Below are positions 14,680-28,487 of a stretch of 64,000 nt of DNA, piece after piece. Numbering within the stretch: position 1 is the stretch's first letter; the number at the start of each line of letters is the position of its first letter. The notes under the pieces were generated by a model. That model saw nothing but the letters and a program-made list of their open reading frames with translations. It was not told where the DNA came from and did no database searches. The DNA comes from Octopus vulgaris (lineage: Eukaryota): contig OX597814.1 of NCBI GenBank assembly GCA_951406725.2, positions 88,350,001 to 88,414,000 of the forward strand, in the 5' to 3' direction. A program made the translations under genes and the position numbers.

Positions 14680-16200
14680 GCAGTGGAGGAGCTATATGGC
14701 TACCCATCTTACAGAATAGTGAGTGGGATTAACCAGGGTGGAATTAGAAAAAAAGATAAAATAGGGGTGATGATGAGTGAGAGTAGTCTCTCAAAGTACA
14801 AGAAGCTAAATATGAGTAGGAACACGACAAGTGTGGGTGGACAGAAAATGCAAGAACATTTGGGGAGCGTCAGGGATGGTTAGATATAGGGTGGGCGTGA
14901 ATATGATAAAGAACAAGGATTGAGGGTGGCTGATGATAAATATGCATTGGAAAGGAAGAGTAGGTGATAGCTTAGAGACTGGGTAAGGTTAAGTAGTAGA
15001 TGTAATGAATAGTGGACAAGGGTGGCAAGGTGGTTGATGATACATGTGCTGGAGTGGAAAGTAGGTATTGACTGATAGTACAGTAAGGGGTTAAGAGCAG
15101 CAGACTAGTAATAATAATACATAGAAAATGGAAAGATGACAGAAAGGGTGATGACATGTGTGGATGGGTTGCAAGAGTTTGAGAGAAGATGCAGGGCATG
15201 GGCATAGGTGCACAATGGTGGAGAGGGAGATAATCTGATAGCATAGAAGGGTGATCAATCTAAAATGTAAGTGGAAAGGGATTATGTTAAGAATGAAGGA
15301 TAAGTGTTAAGTGAAGTAGTTCTGGATAACGAGAAAGATAACTGGCATCGCAGAAAAAGGGGATGAAATATGCAGTTCTGCACCCATTTAATTATGGCAG
15401 CAGAATACAGTGACAGAGAGATATGATGAGAGGTTGGGAAGGCTTGAGTAAACTGGATGAGCGGCCAGTAGTGTAGTTACACACACACACACACATTATG
15501 TTTTCAACCTCAGTTTTACCAAGATGAGCAGGTCTTCTTGAGCACTATATACTGTCAGTCATCCCATCTGAAATTCAAAGTCCTGAAATCAGTCTTCACC
15601 ACTTTATCCCATATCTTCCTAGGTCTCACTCTTTCACAAGCTCCATCCATATTAATCTATTGGCACTTCTATATAGAAAGAAATGTCTTCATCCATACTC
15701 ATCACACATGTCCATAGCTAGTAGCATAGTCTCTTGCACACTACATCTGATTCTGCTTATACCTAACCCTTTTTCAACACATTTGCACTTTGTTGTGCAT
15801 TCAACAAAGCATGGTAGCTTCATTTCTTTCTAGTCTCACAATTCCTCTTCATTCGAGGCCAATCTCACACAACCAAGTAACATCACTGTTCATATTTGAA
15901 CATTTGAGAGAGAAAATTTTTGTAACCAGCAGAGGTAAAAGCTTTCTGAACATTCCCCAGTCTGTTATTTTACTGGCAACAATACTTTCAGAACAATTTC
16001 CTCTACTGCTAATTAGGTTACCTCCCAGGCATTTGAGGAAATCTATTTTCTATGGGAATCTAGTGAATGTTCCAGAGCATCTGTCACATAAGTTTATTTC
16101 CTCTCTTAACCTGTCTGTCACACTGCTGTATATTTTTGTGTCCATGGTTTATTTGCATTGGATACACCATATACAATTTCTGCTTACTGCTTTTTGATTT
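14680..16200 (-). mobile_element. Older, heavily decayed RTE LINE similar to the 48242-50552 element
   Basis: 15520-16170 is recognisably similar to the RT C-terminal region of the other copies. 14680-15470 is a purine-rich (plus-strand) segment like the 3' UTR of the 48.2-kb copy. Confidence 0.6.
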
Positions 16201-18498
16201 AAAGGAGCCTGTCAAACATATATGTGTGTATATCTCCTTGGCTAGATGTCACACAAGTTTTAAATGAGTGTTACTATTATATAAACAGCATCATTCATTT
16301 CCAATCTTCTATATGAAAATATGTGCAGCCTTAAGGAAACCATCAATTTACATGAAAACAGGGAGGGCATCCAGTTGTAGAAAACCAATAATTTCTATTC
16401 AACCCATGCAACTATGGAAAAGTGGATATTAAAATAATGATGTATAAATGTATATGTATGAATATGTTTACATACACACACTGCATATACTCACATGTAT
16501 ATACACACACATATACATGTGTGAGTGTGCCTGTGTAAAGACTTCCCACAGCATATATATATAAGGGTTATCTAACCCTTTTGTAAGTGATAGGTAACGG
16601 GATTTGATTCTAGAAAGCAACAAGCCAAAATACATTGTGTTGCCTCTCAAATATTCTGGTAAGCCAATGTTTTTAGTATTAAGTTCACCTATTGACCCTG
16701 AACACAGTCAAATTAGACTGGATGTAATCTCAGAATGCAAAGGGATGGAAGAAATACCATAACAGAATATAGCCCATGCACCCAAAGGGCTACTGACAGC
16801 TAGTTTGAATCCTTACATGTATGTGGTGTATCATCATATGTATATGATACCAGCAACATAACACAACCTCAATAAAGTTCTGCTGTTTAGTGCAATGGAA
16901 TGCATAAGAACAAGAAAATGTTCCATGATAATTTATTTTGTTCATTTTTCTTGAAAGTAAAATTATTGGTTCTTTAGATACAGAAGGTAGGAGAGATATT
17001 GTGTAAGGATGCTTGTATCTGAAGCTTTCAGATGTAACTGACAACAGCAACACCTGTTAATCAAAACTAGATTTCGAATTTCACTTACCTGGATCTTACC
17101 TTTCCTTATTCTATGTTGCCTGTAGATGAACCATTAAAAGGGAAAGAATTTCACTATACACACATACACAAGATTTAAATACAAGCCTCTGATAATACAC
17201 CAAGCAGACAAGATTGTACAGCATGTAATTAAAGCTCGTATTTAAATCCTGCATATATTGAGTACATTTTTTTTTGTTGATTCCACCAATAATGGAATAT
17301 ATTATAAAGAATCAAAACAGGTCCATCTATTGGCAATATCGCCTCCAACAATCATTTATTATATATGAAATAATAACAGACTCATTTATTTCATGTAATA
17401 AATGATTGCTGGAGGCGACACATATATATATATCTACACACACACACACACACACATATACATACATACATACATACATACTATAATGCATCAACGCCCA
17501 GGCCTCTTTATTGACGATGTCACCTCTAACAATCAACTTATACGTATGTAATGTTATAACTAGATTTTATAAACGATCGGATTAGTATTTTGCAAAGTTG
17601 TCTCCCCGTATATCTGGAACTGTGTGACTAACATGTAGATAAAATATAAAGCGACCGACACGAACTTGAACGTTTAAAGACGAGGGAAGGAACCAACGAT
17701 GGCCAGATTTGAAATTACTTGCCAATAAGTAAAATGGGTTTCTATTTTAATATAACTGATTTCAGCAATATCGTTTTAATACTACTTTTGAACTCTGACA
17801 TTCAGTGAAGTATCATTAAGTCCTGTGCATGTAGAAATAAAATATAAAAAGGAAATGACTTATTTCCTTTTTAATTTTTTTTAACCCTGCTATGTACAGC
17901 CTACATTCTCTAAGCATAATTCAATAATCACAACTCACACAGTACATACTTTACACACTCATCAGCCAATGCTATAACAGCTTTGACATCAAGAGCAACA
18001 CTAAAATTATAAACAACAGATAAAAAAAAAAGCCCTCAACACAAATTTAGAGTAGATACCTCTCCACTCTCAAGCACAAAACTGCACACACCCTAGGAAC
18101 AGAGCTGCATCTGGTAATGCAGTTAAAAACTGGGGGGAAACAAAAACTCCAAAAAACTACTGAAAATACATGAGAGTGATGATGAAGATAATTTTTTCAC
18201 ATTCACTAAGTTGAAGGTGGTTATTGCTAGTAAGCATGAGAAGAATGGTGCTGCTGCATGGATATGTAATGGATATAAGATCTGTGAAACAACTTTTGAA
18301 TATTAGTTGCGAACAATATATGAGCAAACCTAGGCTTTTTATTTTAAAAGAACTAAAATGCTGAAATGGAAAAGGATATTTGTGGGGAAAAATTTTAATC
18401 ATTGAGATTTAGTTTTTGTTAGAAAAAATAATAGAAGTTAAAAGAAAAAAACTAATGGTTTCAAAAAAAAAACAACATTAATAAAAATCAATATTTAC

Positions 18499-18854
18499 GG
18501 TTTTAGAGACTGGCAATCCGTTGCTGAACTGGAAAGGACTTTGCGGTAGAGTGATTTCTTCTGAGCTGAGAGCTTTGAGTTTGATGAAGTAGCACTACTG
18601 GAATTTTGAGCTATAACCCTTCGTGGTTGAGAAGGAAGGCTTCCTCCACTAGGTTTAATTGCCAGGGATGCTTGAGCACATGTAAATGCACCAATGGCTG
18701 CAGCTGCTGCAGAGGGTGCACTACTACTTGGACTGCTATTTGCTCCACCATAAGTTGTAACATGTTGTAACCACGTACGCAAGTTTAATTTGCGCACAAG
18801 TTGCAATAAGCGCAACCTGCGTTCAGATGGAGTAGGTAATTCATGGTCCCGCAT
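18499..18854 (-). CDS. First major coding exon of an unidentified minus-strand gene (exon 18499-18894; ATG at 18854)
   Basis: Polypyrimidine acceptor ttttattttcctcag|G at 18894 and donor CC|gtaaat at 18499 (phase 2). Translation MRDHELPTPSERRLRLLQLVRKLNLRTWLQ...KSLYRKVLSSSATDCQSLKP is non-repetitive and Ser/Ala-rich. Phase matches the exon at 4162-4378. Confidence 0.8.
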
Positions 18855-20164
18855 CAGGATATTTTGTAAAAGTTTACTGTTATACTGATGAAACCTGAGG
18901 AAAATAAAATGGAAAAGGAAAAAACAAAAAAAATGAGAAATTGAAATATAATGATAACAACATGATCAGATGAGGAAATAAAATTCTTTAGGAAAATTTA
19001 GATTTTGAATTAAAAGAGGAAAATATTTTTTGCTGACCATGTAGCTAACTTCCTATTAACTTTACAACTTTTCCCATATTCACTAGTAATAGTTGAAAGA
19101 TTTCAATAATTTTTGGCCAAAAATTAAAAAAATAAGAAACAGCCAATAACTATCAGGCAAACTGCTGACTTCCTTTCTATGATTACTTCATCTCCTCCTT
19201 TTAATCTCTCCTCTCAGAACAGATTATGACCTTCTTTCTAACCATATTATTAATCTCATCCATCTATCCAAATATCCCAGCCTAAGATCTATATATCTGT
19301 GTGTGTGTCTGTGTTTGTCCTCACTTACTGCTTGACAACTGGTGTAGGTGTGTTTACATCCCCAAAACTTATTACTGAGCTTAAAAAAAAAGTACTGGGT
19401 TGATTCATTTGACTAATATTCTTCAGGATGATGCCCCAACAAGGCCACAGTCTGATGACTGAAACAGATAGAAGAGAAAGATATGAAAATCTACAAGAAT
19501 TATGGACACCATTCCTTTATTTTAGGCAAACTTTAACCCTTTAGCATTCATATTACTCTGTCAAATGTAATTCATCCACATTGTTCTGAATTTTGTGCTT
19601 TGGGATTTCAATGTGATTGTTTATTTTTAGAATAACACTGTAAGGTACGTGTCAAAGGCTGAGTTCAGCTGGTTTAAATGCTAAAAAGCTTAAAAAGTCT
19701 GTTGGCATCAGAAAGAATATCAAACTATAAATCTATTATGAAATATTCCTGCTTGCCAATATAGTATGCCTCCACAAGAAAAGAGTGTGTTATTGAAAAT
19801 TGTTGCAAACAAACTTCACTGGAGGGGGGGGGGGTGACCCTTCAAAAATAAAAAAAATTCCATTGTAAATATTTTAGTGCTGTTATACTTTCACTAATCA
19901 TATTTCAAATATAGATGTATCTTATTCTACCGTAACTTTATATATTTTAGAGGCTATCAAAGGGGAAATAATTGAAATAGTTAATGTTTTAAGATAATTA
20001 ACTGCATGTGTCAGAGATATATATAAGAAATTTTATAACAATAGCTGTGCTTGTCAAAAAAACTGAAACTTAAATATTTCATGAGCATTTGATAGAGTAA
20101 AGAAGAAAATAAGTCCTGAATCACCAAATAAACCAACTGTAAAAGTTAGTTTTGAAGGCTATTT

Positions 20165-20452
20165 TCTACTTGTTTCAGCCTTTGGACTGCATCCATGCTG
20201 GGGCAGTTTGGAACTTATTTTATCAGCTACTTTTGCTGAATTGCTTAGCTACAGGGAATGTAAACAAACCAACACAGGTTATCAAAAAGTGGAGGGGACA
20301 AACACAACAACACACATGCAAAACATATGTTTATACAATAGACTTCCACACAGTTTCCATCTATGAAATTCACACGGCGGTAAGAGTCGGTCTAGGGCTA
20401 TAGAAAAAGACATTTATCTATGGTGCCATGCAGTGGGACCATGCCTGCGCCT
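20165..20452 (-). mobile_element. SINE type A (decayed)
   Basis: cttgtttcagcc...ccatgctgggg...ggtgccatgcagtgggac. Other partial copies lie near 975-1130, 19300-19480, 31600-31765, 45347-45438, 50683-50838 and 52866-53000. Confidence 0.65.
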
Positions 20453-22829
20453 ATACTAGCTGAAACTCACACTACAAACAAATGAAGGCATGAATGTTTT
20501 CTAAGTATTTGTCAAATTGAATTAATTAAAATAAAATTAACTGTTTGTCAAGATTCAAGCAATTCAGCTGTATATCTAAGCAATAAATAACCTTCCCATT
20601 CCACTATAATGGTTTTAGATCACCATCATTGTTTTAACTTTGCTTTTATATACTTTTATTTTAAGTCATCATGTAAATAAAATTGAAATCTCTCCAACAA
20701 TGTTTACATTTTACTATTTTTTTATACCTTGACCTTTTTCCTGATTACTCATCACCTATCTTCACCTAACCCTGCCCTACTACAAAATTCTCTGGTAAAC
20801 AGTACAAGTGCCTTAAAGCATTCTCACAATACTAAATAACAAAATATTCTCCCTGTAAATCGCATATAATTTCCAGTGCCAACTGAAGTTCAAAGGTCAA
20901 CAGACATTAAAAAAGAAAAAAAAATGCTTGGTGAAGAATAAATTTTATCAGTCGTACAATTTATCATTAGTTATGTCATGATTTTAGACACTAATGACAT
21001 TTGAAATAGCTGGGAAATTAAAATTTAAATAAGAATGAATATTTTCTTAATTTTTGAAATTTTTTAATTACACACAAGTACTTTAAAAAAATTACAATGT
21101 TTTTTTTTCATTGCATACATAAGAGAGCTTAACATTTCTTTTTATAACATTTATTAAATGTGTGGAATTGTTTTGTTGTCAATGTCTAAGAGTAAACATA
21201 AAACTGAGAATGTTATGTATAAAAAAAAAAAGCTATGAATATGCTGAATCTGCACCCCACCCCAAATAATAGATTTTAATACGTTCAGATGACGTACAGA
21301 TGCCCAAAATATATTATCACACTTTTATTCATGAACTGTTTTCTGCATGAGGTTATTACAATGTGTTAATAATGAAGTCTTGGTTTAAGTAGATCTGATA
21401 TGCAAATATGCTGTTAAATTTAACAAACAAGCAAAATAAAAAGCTTTGCTGACAAAAAAAAAAAACAAAAAAACCCAAAATAACCCTATTCTGCCATTCC
21501 ATTTTAAAATTTCATATAAACTAAACCCTAGACAGACATAAAAGCTGAATGTTAAAATGTGACAGACAAGAACAATTGATTATTTTAAATCCATAAACCC
21601 TTCATTAATACCAGCAGTTAGCCTAGGTTTATTAACTATATACCCTACAAAATAGAAACAACAGATTTGGTGATCAAAATAATCCACTATCTGACCGAAT
21701 GCAGTAGAATACTTTGAAGTTTTGGAAGAGATGAGAAAACCATAAAACAATGAAAAATGGATATGAAGATAATAGCAAACTAAAAAAAAAATTTTTTTTG
21801 CACTTTTCTGAAACTAACACTCCAAAAACAACAAATATTCAAACAGCTGTAGATGTGTAGTTTCAGAGGTGATACATCTACCACCAGTCCTAAATAAACG
21901 AAAAGACAAGCTGTTTAATGGTGTATAAACGGAAATAATTATGGAAAACAGTGTAACACCAGGTTACTTATATCATCTAATGCTGGCATGGTCAAATTTT
22001 GTGAGAAGCGGGCCACATGAGATATAACTTCTGGTGAGCTGTATTACTAAAAAAATTCAAGGTAATTTTCATTAGGCATGCCATTCAGAAAGTGTGGCAG
22101 GTAGCAATTTGTTGATGACTGATCTAATGCAAGATAATGAGCAAAAAGGCTGATCAGAACACTCAACTATTAAAGTTAGTCAAAGCTATATTGATAACCA
22201 TTACAAAGATTTGACGGGAATTATTGAAAGGAGACAAATTCTCATATATTTTTTAACTGTTATTTTTATGGTTACGAGGCATTAAATCTGTATTCAGGAA
22301 TGGCTCTGAAAATGTTAAACTATTTCAAGTAACACTAGAAAAACGGAAGATCAATTAAAAAGCTGAGCTCAACTTTTCTTTTCTTTTTTTTTTTTTTTGG
22401 AAGTCTGATTGAATCAGGCATATCAAACATCATGTACTACACAGTCAATATTTGTGCGGGTGTTATTTTTTATATCAAGATGTCATCTAGAGTATTATAT
22501 ACAGAAAGAGAGAATGAAGACGTTCACAATAATAAAATAAATATATAGTAACAGAACACGAAAATGAGTGCCAAACATCGTGAAAACACCTATAGAAAAA
22601 AGAGCAAGATGCACATTCTGAAAACAAAGACAAGTTTGTTTTAAAGGCAGGTTTCCTATACGCAGAACACAGAATTCCTGCAATTTGAACCTAATTTTTC
22701 TGATGAAGTTTGTTTACACAAATTATTCAATGCCAAACATTAATGTTGTCAACATACTATCATCACATGATTTAAATTCTTATGTCACTAAACTATTTTT
22801 TTTTCATCGTTATAAATCAGTGAACTTAC

Positions 22830-23130
22830 CCCTTCCCACGCTGTAGGGAAGTGCTGCCAGGAAGTACATCACGACAAGTTTTCCACCAAATAATGCTATC
22901 AAGAGCCTAGGTTTCTTTGAATCCAAGGAAAAAGCAACTTGATTCTTTTGACGTTTTCTAATTTACTGTTTTATAAAACGTGATCTGACCTTCCACATAC
23001 CTATAAGTTGTGTTGTGTTGTAATGGTCAACGATTCATGTATTCACAGCTAATAAGCAATTTAAAATATTTCATAACTTATTTATGTATTTGAGTTAAAT
23101 ATTTTTTTCCTGTCACTCATTTCCGTTCAC
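22830..23130 (-). other. Candidate alternative 5' leader exon; 5' boundary uncertain
   Basis: Strong donor GGG|gtaagt at 22830 in unique sequence, with an ATG at 22869. Confidence 0.3.
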
Positions 23131-26089
23131 TAATTCCTCTCTCAAAATATCTTGAGAATGTCTGTCACAGAGATAAATATTATTTACATAGATACTACAG
23201 TGAGTTTATTGGAACCGAATATATGTTCCGATTACCATTTAAATGTTCAAGTTAATGTTACATGGCAGACGAAGTTACCTTGCTATGCTAACTGATAATA
23301 CTCATTATATCGACGTCAAATATTTCCCCCTAAGATAAAACCCGACAATACGTATTATATCTGAAATATTAGTGGTGTCCTATAAATTCAAGAACGAGAA
23401 AGAACAATTGAAAGAAATAAGAGTTTTCATTGCAAGCGAAGTAATAAAACACCTGTCTGTATAGATAACATTTAGAACGAATAAATAATAGATATATGAT
23501 CAGACAAATATGTGATAAGCAAACTAGCTAGGCTTACTTCTTTATACTATGCTTCACTGCGCACACTAAACACACACCTAGGTGCAACGATTATGAATTT
23601 ATAAAATAAATAATAGGCAAGCATGAACTGGATAAGAAAATAAAAAAATGCAACGTTGAAATTAGCTGGTAATGAAATATAACCAATTAAAATTTGGCAG
23701 AAAATTCAGGATTTGAAGGGATATGTGTATGTACGACGTGTATGCATGCGTAAGTTACACATTGGCGTTTTATTTACAGTATAGATGGTGATCAAAAATA
23801 TACAGTACGTTCTATGTTTTTGTGTACATTAGCGTGTGAGAATATATATATTTATATATATCGCCATACATATACACGCTCGCGCGGGCGTGAGAGAGAG
23901 AGGTGTGAACAAAGTCGTTTAGAAAAAAAAAAATTATAAATAGGATGGAAATTTCCAAGAGCAACTACGTCGAAAGCTAATGTTATTTCACAAGTATTTA
24001 TTCACAGCGCTCGTCCCACCATTCACATATACAAATAAACACAATGAACAAAAATAGGGCGAACAATTCTATACATGTTAACTAACTACTTTAAAGACAA
24101 ATGAAAGGGCGGGGGGAAAGAAAAAAACTCCGAACAAACGCACTAACCAAATGTGCGTATGTATTGTGTGCGTAAGAGCGAGTGTTATGTGATGCATGGC
24201 ACCTCAACATGCATTAAGTCTTTACAGAAAAGCGTGATTTTGATTTTTTAAAAACTTAATTCTCTTAATTCTATCTAATCACTGATAAGACAGGAGCATT
24301 TGGGGATTTCGATTCTAAGCGTTAAAAAAGAAAAACAAAAACACCACAAGTAACTGCTGGTGAAACAAAAACAAAAAACTTGGCAGTAATAATATGGGGA
24401 AAAAGTTACAGCCAAATGACAGTAAGATGGTCAACAAAAGGTTATTTGTCTTAGGGAAAATGCCTAGCTGTCATGTGTATCTGTGATAGGCACATACATA
24501 ACCAATTACTGAAGCTTCTACGATAGGAAGAACAAGAGTAAATTGAAACAGCTGAGAATGAATGTGTGTGTGTGTGTGTTTGTTTGTTGTTCTGAACACG
24601 GAATAAAAGCACTTATATTTTTGTTTTTAAGCTGGATAGCAGTCGTATTTTAGTTTTAAGAGTTACATGCATTTACCGACGGTCAAACTTTCCCGTTCAC
24701 TTATCACTCTGCCAATAATAATAATAATATAGTTTCTAACATTGGCATAATGCTGCAAATTTATAGAGAAGAGAATAACGTCGACAGCGCCGACGCCTGG
24801 GTATTGGGAAAGGCAAAAAACCGACTCCTGCGAAAACTGAACTCGGAACTTAGCTAAAATACCGCATTTAACAAACGCGTTAGGAAGGCGTCGGACAAAA
24901 TTTCTGCTGTATTTAACTGGGGCTCTTTATATACTGAGTTCAAATGCAGCCAATTTGTTGTTCCAGGAAAGATTTTCATAATGCATCCGAAATGAGAATG
25001 GAATTATAAAAGATTTATTGTTCCTGGACAGTTAAAAAAACAAAACAAAAAAAAAACTAACAACTAGTAAATGCTAGTGGTATTAAAACTATTTTGTTAT
25101 AATGTAATAACTTGTATATATGAAGTGTAATGAGAGGAAGATTGACAAAGATTGAAGGAAAACAAGACTACTATTGAGAGAGTATAGAGAAGTGTTGATT
25201 ATGAGAAGGGAGTTACTACCTAAATATAGAAGGAAATCTAAGCGGTCACCCATATTTTTCTTCACCGAGTCTACAATGATTAAATAATTGAAATTTCCGG
25301 AACATATATGGCACACACTCACTTATATCTATTAGATAGCTGTGTGTAAATATTAGCTTTCAGAGTATGAAAAAGCTTAAAATGCTAATATATGTAACTA
25401 ACTTACACGCGAATAAATAAAGATATATGTGTGTGTGTGGAGAGACAAAGACAGGCACTATGTGAAAACCTAAATGAAAGACATGTAGTAGTCGCTTGAA
25501 GGAAGACTTGTTTTACAATACTCTACAATAGGGGGATATTTGCTTTTCACTTAACCTTATGCTTTTAATACAGTAGTACTGATACAATATTCCTATTCCC
25601 TTCAAAAAGGGTTCATTACAGACGTGGTTTTATTAAAATATCTACTTGTATATATTAATTGCACATACATAAGTCTCCCATTTCCGCTGTATTTTTAAAC
25701 GTAGCACTTCGTCGACTACATTAAGTTACTAGTGAGGGTGTGACGTTCGGTGAGAGAAACATAACGTTCCATACACAAACAGAGGAAAATAATAAATATA
25801 CAAAAATGAAACGGGAATAATTCGGAATGAAGTCTCAGACTGTAATATTCGATACAAAAGTCACATCCAGTTTTACAGAGAAAGCAAGGGGAAATGCCGG
25901 TAAGAGACATATGGGATCTCTTGGATCACTCACTATGATCTATCATAAAAAAAGTAACCAACGATTCGGCATGAATAAAAGGGGTGGGGAATAAGGAGGA
26001 ATAGAAAACTAGGGACAATAAATATATATATTTTTTAAAGGACCAAGGAGAGTTACATATATAATCAAATTGAGAATAAATAAACTAAC

Positions 26090-26600
26090 CTTGTCTGAGA
26101 AGTATGAGTCAAGAATATAACTGTGTGGTTTAATAAATATCGCCTCTTTTCTATTTTGTCTGATAGTGTAAATAATCTGACACTGCTGGTTTGGTTGCTT
26201 TGCAGTATATCTCCTTATAGACTCTTCCAGCTGCTCATCTTGACTTGGCAAACCTTTTAGTTGCCTATCAAGTCCGACAACAGTTTAAAAAACAACAAAC
26301 TATCAACAGAGAACGTTTGGTAACGCCACTACAGAATCAGAACCGATTCCTCCAGTATCGTTGCAACAGGGCTCCATTTCAGCTATATGTTATCATTATC
26401 ATATTGGTGTAACCAGCGACCAGCTGACTATATTCGATGCCATGGCCAACAGGACAGTGAATAGAAACCAAACACTTCCTTCCACATTTGAAATCATCGA
26501 CATACAAGCAGAATAGTTATTGAAGTCGTAGTGAGAGGAGCACCGACTGTTTCAGATACAGACGTGGCGGAGGCGGTGACACACAAGAGCAAGGAGGAAG
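26090..26600 (-). other. Candidate 5' leader (first) exon with multiple uORFs; 5' boundary uncertain
   Basis: Donor AAG|gttagt at 26090. Unique CpG-retaining sequence. uORFs at 26399-26443, 26379-26402, 26303-26377 and 26215-26238. Confidence 0.5.
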
Positions 26601-26821
26601 AGAGTGCGTTTGGTGAGGCAGTTGATGTGTTAGTAGTATGCTGTGTGTGCTATTGAATAATGTGTCAAAACTGTCTATTACATACGAAGCCGTAGTACGA
26701 TATGGATTGTAGGGATAGTACGCCTTATGAACTACCAGGGAAATACCTAATATTATTCTCTAGTGTTTTGTTAGTGTGGGCCACTCAGTGTAATTATATA
26801 TATATCACATACATACAGACG

Positions 26822-26871
<50 letters not shown>

Positions 26872-28448
26872 CGTTGGTGAGGAAGTAGATTGTTGTATAT
26901 AGTAGTAGTAGGCAGCTGTAGTCTAGTTCATGCAGTACTTACTGTATGGATTTAGTTGTAATATTCGCGGACGGACTCATAAAGTTGTAGTTATTGATAT
27001 GTCTACTCATATTATCAACTGACTTCTTACATATCGGAGAAAAAATAGGTATAGAATGAAACAATGCAGTAATCCAACTATTTTTCTCATGGGCGGGACC
27101 CAACATTCATTATATAAAAGGCTGGGACGACTATACCCACAGTTATGACTGCATTGCTGCAATTTAGAGTCTTCAGGGAACAATAAATATTCCAGCTTTG
27201 TTAGTTATCCAGGATCTTTACACAGTTTTGTATGCTTGTAATTACAATTTTGGTACCATACACCGTCAGTTCAAATCTATCACGCTTCTGTAATCACCAT
27301 TATATTTCCTGTCAGAACTATTTGTTCCTATCATCTCTTCATTTGTGTGACAAATAGTAAAACAAAAATTTCAGTAACCTTTCTACTCAAAACAATTTGT
27401 TTATACCTGTTTTACAAGTAAACAATTAAAACACACACACACATTCGCTCTCTTCGAGATATTTATTTTTGGAACTCTCTGTCTGATTCACTGAGAACAA
27501 ATCATTAACTCATCCCATTCTAAACAGAACTAGCAGGCCTTCCTGCCTACCTTAACCGTACACCCACACTTCCAGTAAGGAGTGTTTTGTAGTGGTTCTA
27601 CGTTCTTTTAATAAGGGATATGTCATGTAATGGGCGAGTTCTCTCCCATACTTAAGCCGGATGTTGAGGTGTAGCATTATTCATTCAATAAAGTCTTTTA
27701 TATACAAAAACTATTATCATTGCTTCATAGAAAAGAAAAGAACTTAACATAATCGGTGCAACTCCTTTCAAAATTCAAATAGTAGCTATGTACGTCTGTA
27801 AAATGTCATACAAGTATTCACAATCTCTTCAAACTACACCTTCTTGAATTTGTCATACACTGATAATTATGTGTTCAGGATAAAATGCTTAAAATATATC
27901 TTACATTAAAACCAGTGAAAGGTTGTTGTTTTTTTTTAATTATTAGATCTGAACGTGTAACTCGAAGGCATTTGCGTTCAAAGACACTGGGTCAATATCT
28001 TCAAACTTTAAGACTTCAGAGTAAGGAATACAATTTTAAGAAATATCGCCTGAACTACATTCGAAAAATCCGGTGACAAATGCATTAATTCGGCATAACG
28101 CGGACAGATTCAGATTACTCGAAAATAAATAAATGAAGCTAGATTTGACATCAGAAGTATCACACAAACTAGAGCAAAGCACTAAGCTCTCAAGAATGGT
28201 ATCGTTTACAACAAGATCTTCGAGAATATTATGAGAGGAGCTTACTTTTTCCCTCTTTGTGTGTATGTGAAGTGCAGACATGACCGCAAGTAACGTCGAG
28301 CACCACATTACTTTCTTCGACATTAAAAGTTTTTCAGTCTCATTGCAATATTATTATTTTTTTTTTTTTTGCTTGTGCTTGCTTTCTTTAATGTGATTAA
28401 TAATTAGTCAATGCAAACTTCGACAATGGAAGCACTGGCAATTTTATA

Positions 28449-28487
<39 letters not shown>

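Noticed and set aside
17054-17125. Micro-exon-like segment with tandem donors (aag|gtaaga, cag|gtaagt) on the minus strand
   Set aside because: The 20-nt and 31-nt versions both break the phase between the two coding exons. It could be non-coding or poison splicing, but nothing else supports it.
18845-18862. UCC-UGA-U, the antizyme +1 frameshift motif, at the main start
   Set aside because: The +1 frame gives GAT GCG GGA CCA TGA (stop after 4 codons). The long ORF is in the other frame and does not resemble antizyme.
26009-26251. ORF 'MPSQDEQLEESIRRY...' as the first coding exon
   Set aside because: It starts at TTG with an in-frame TAA upstream, and its phase-0 exit at 26090 hits a stop a few codons into the 18894 exon.
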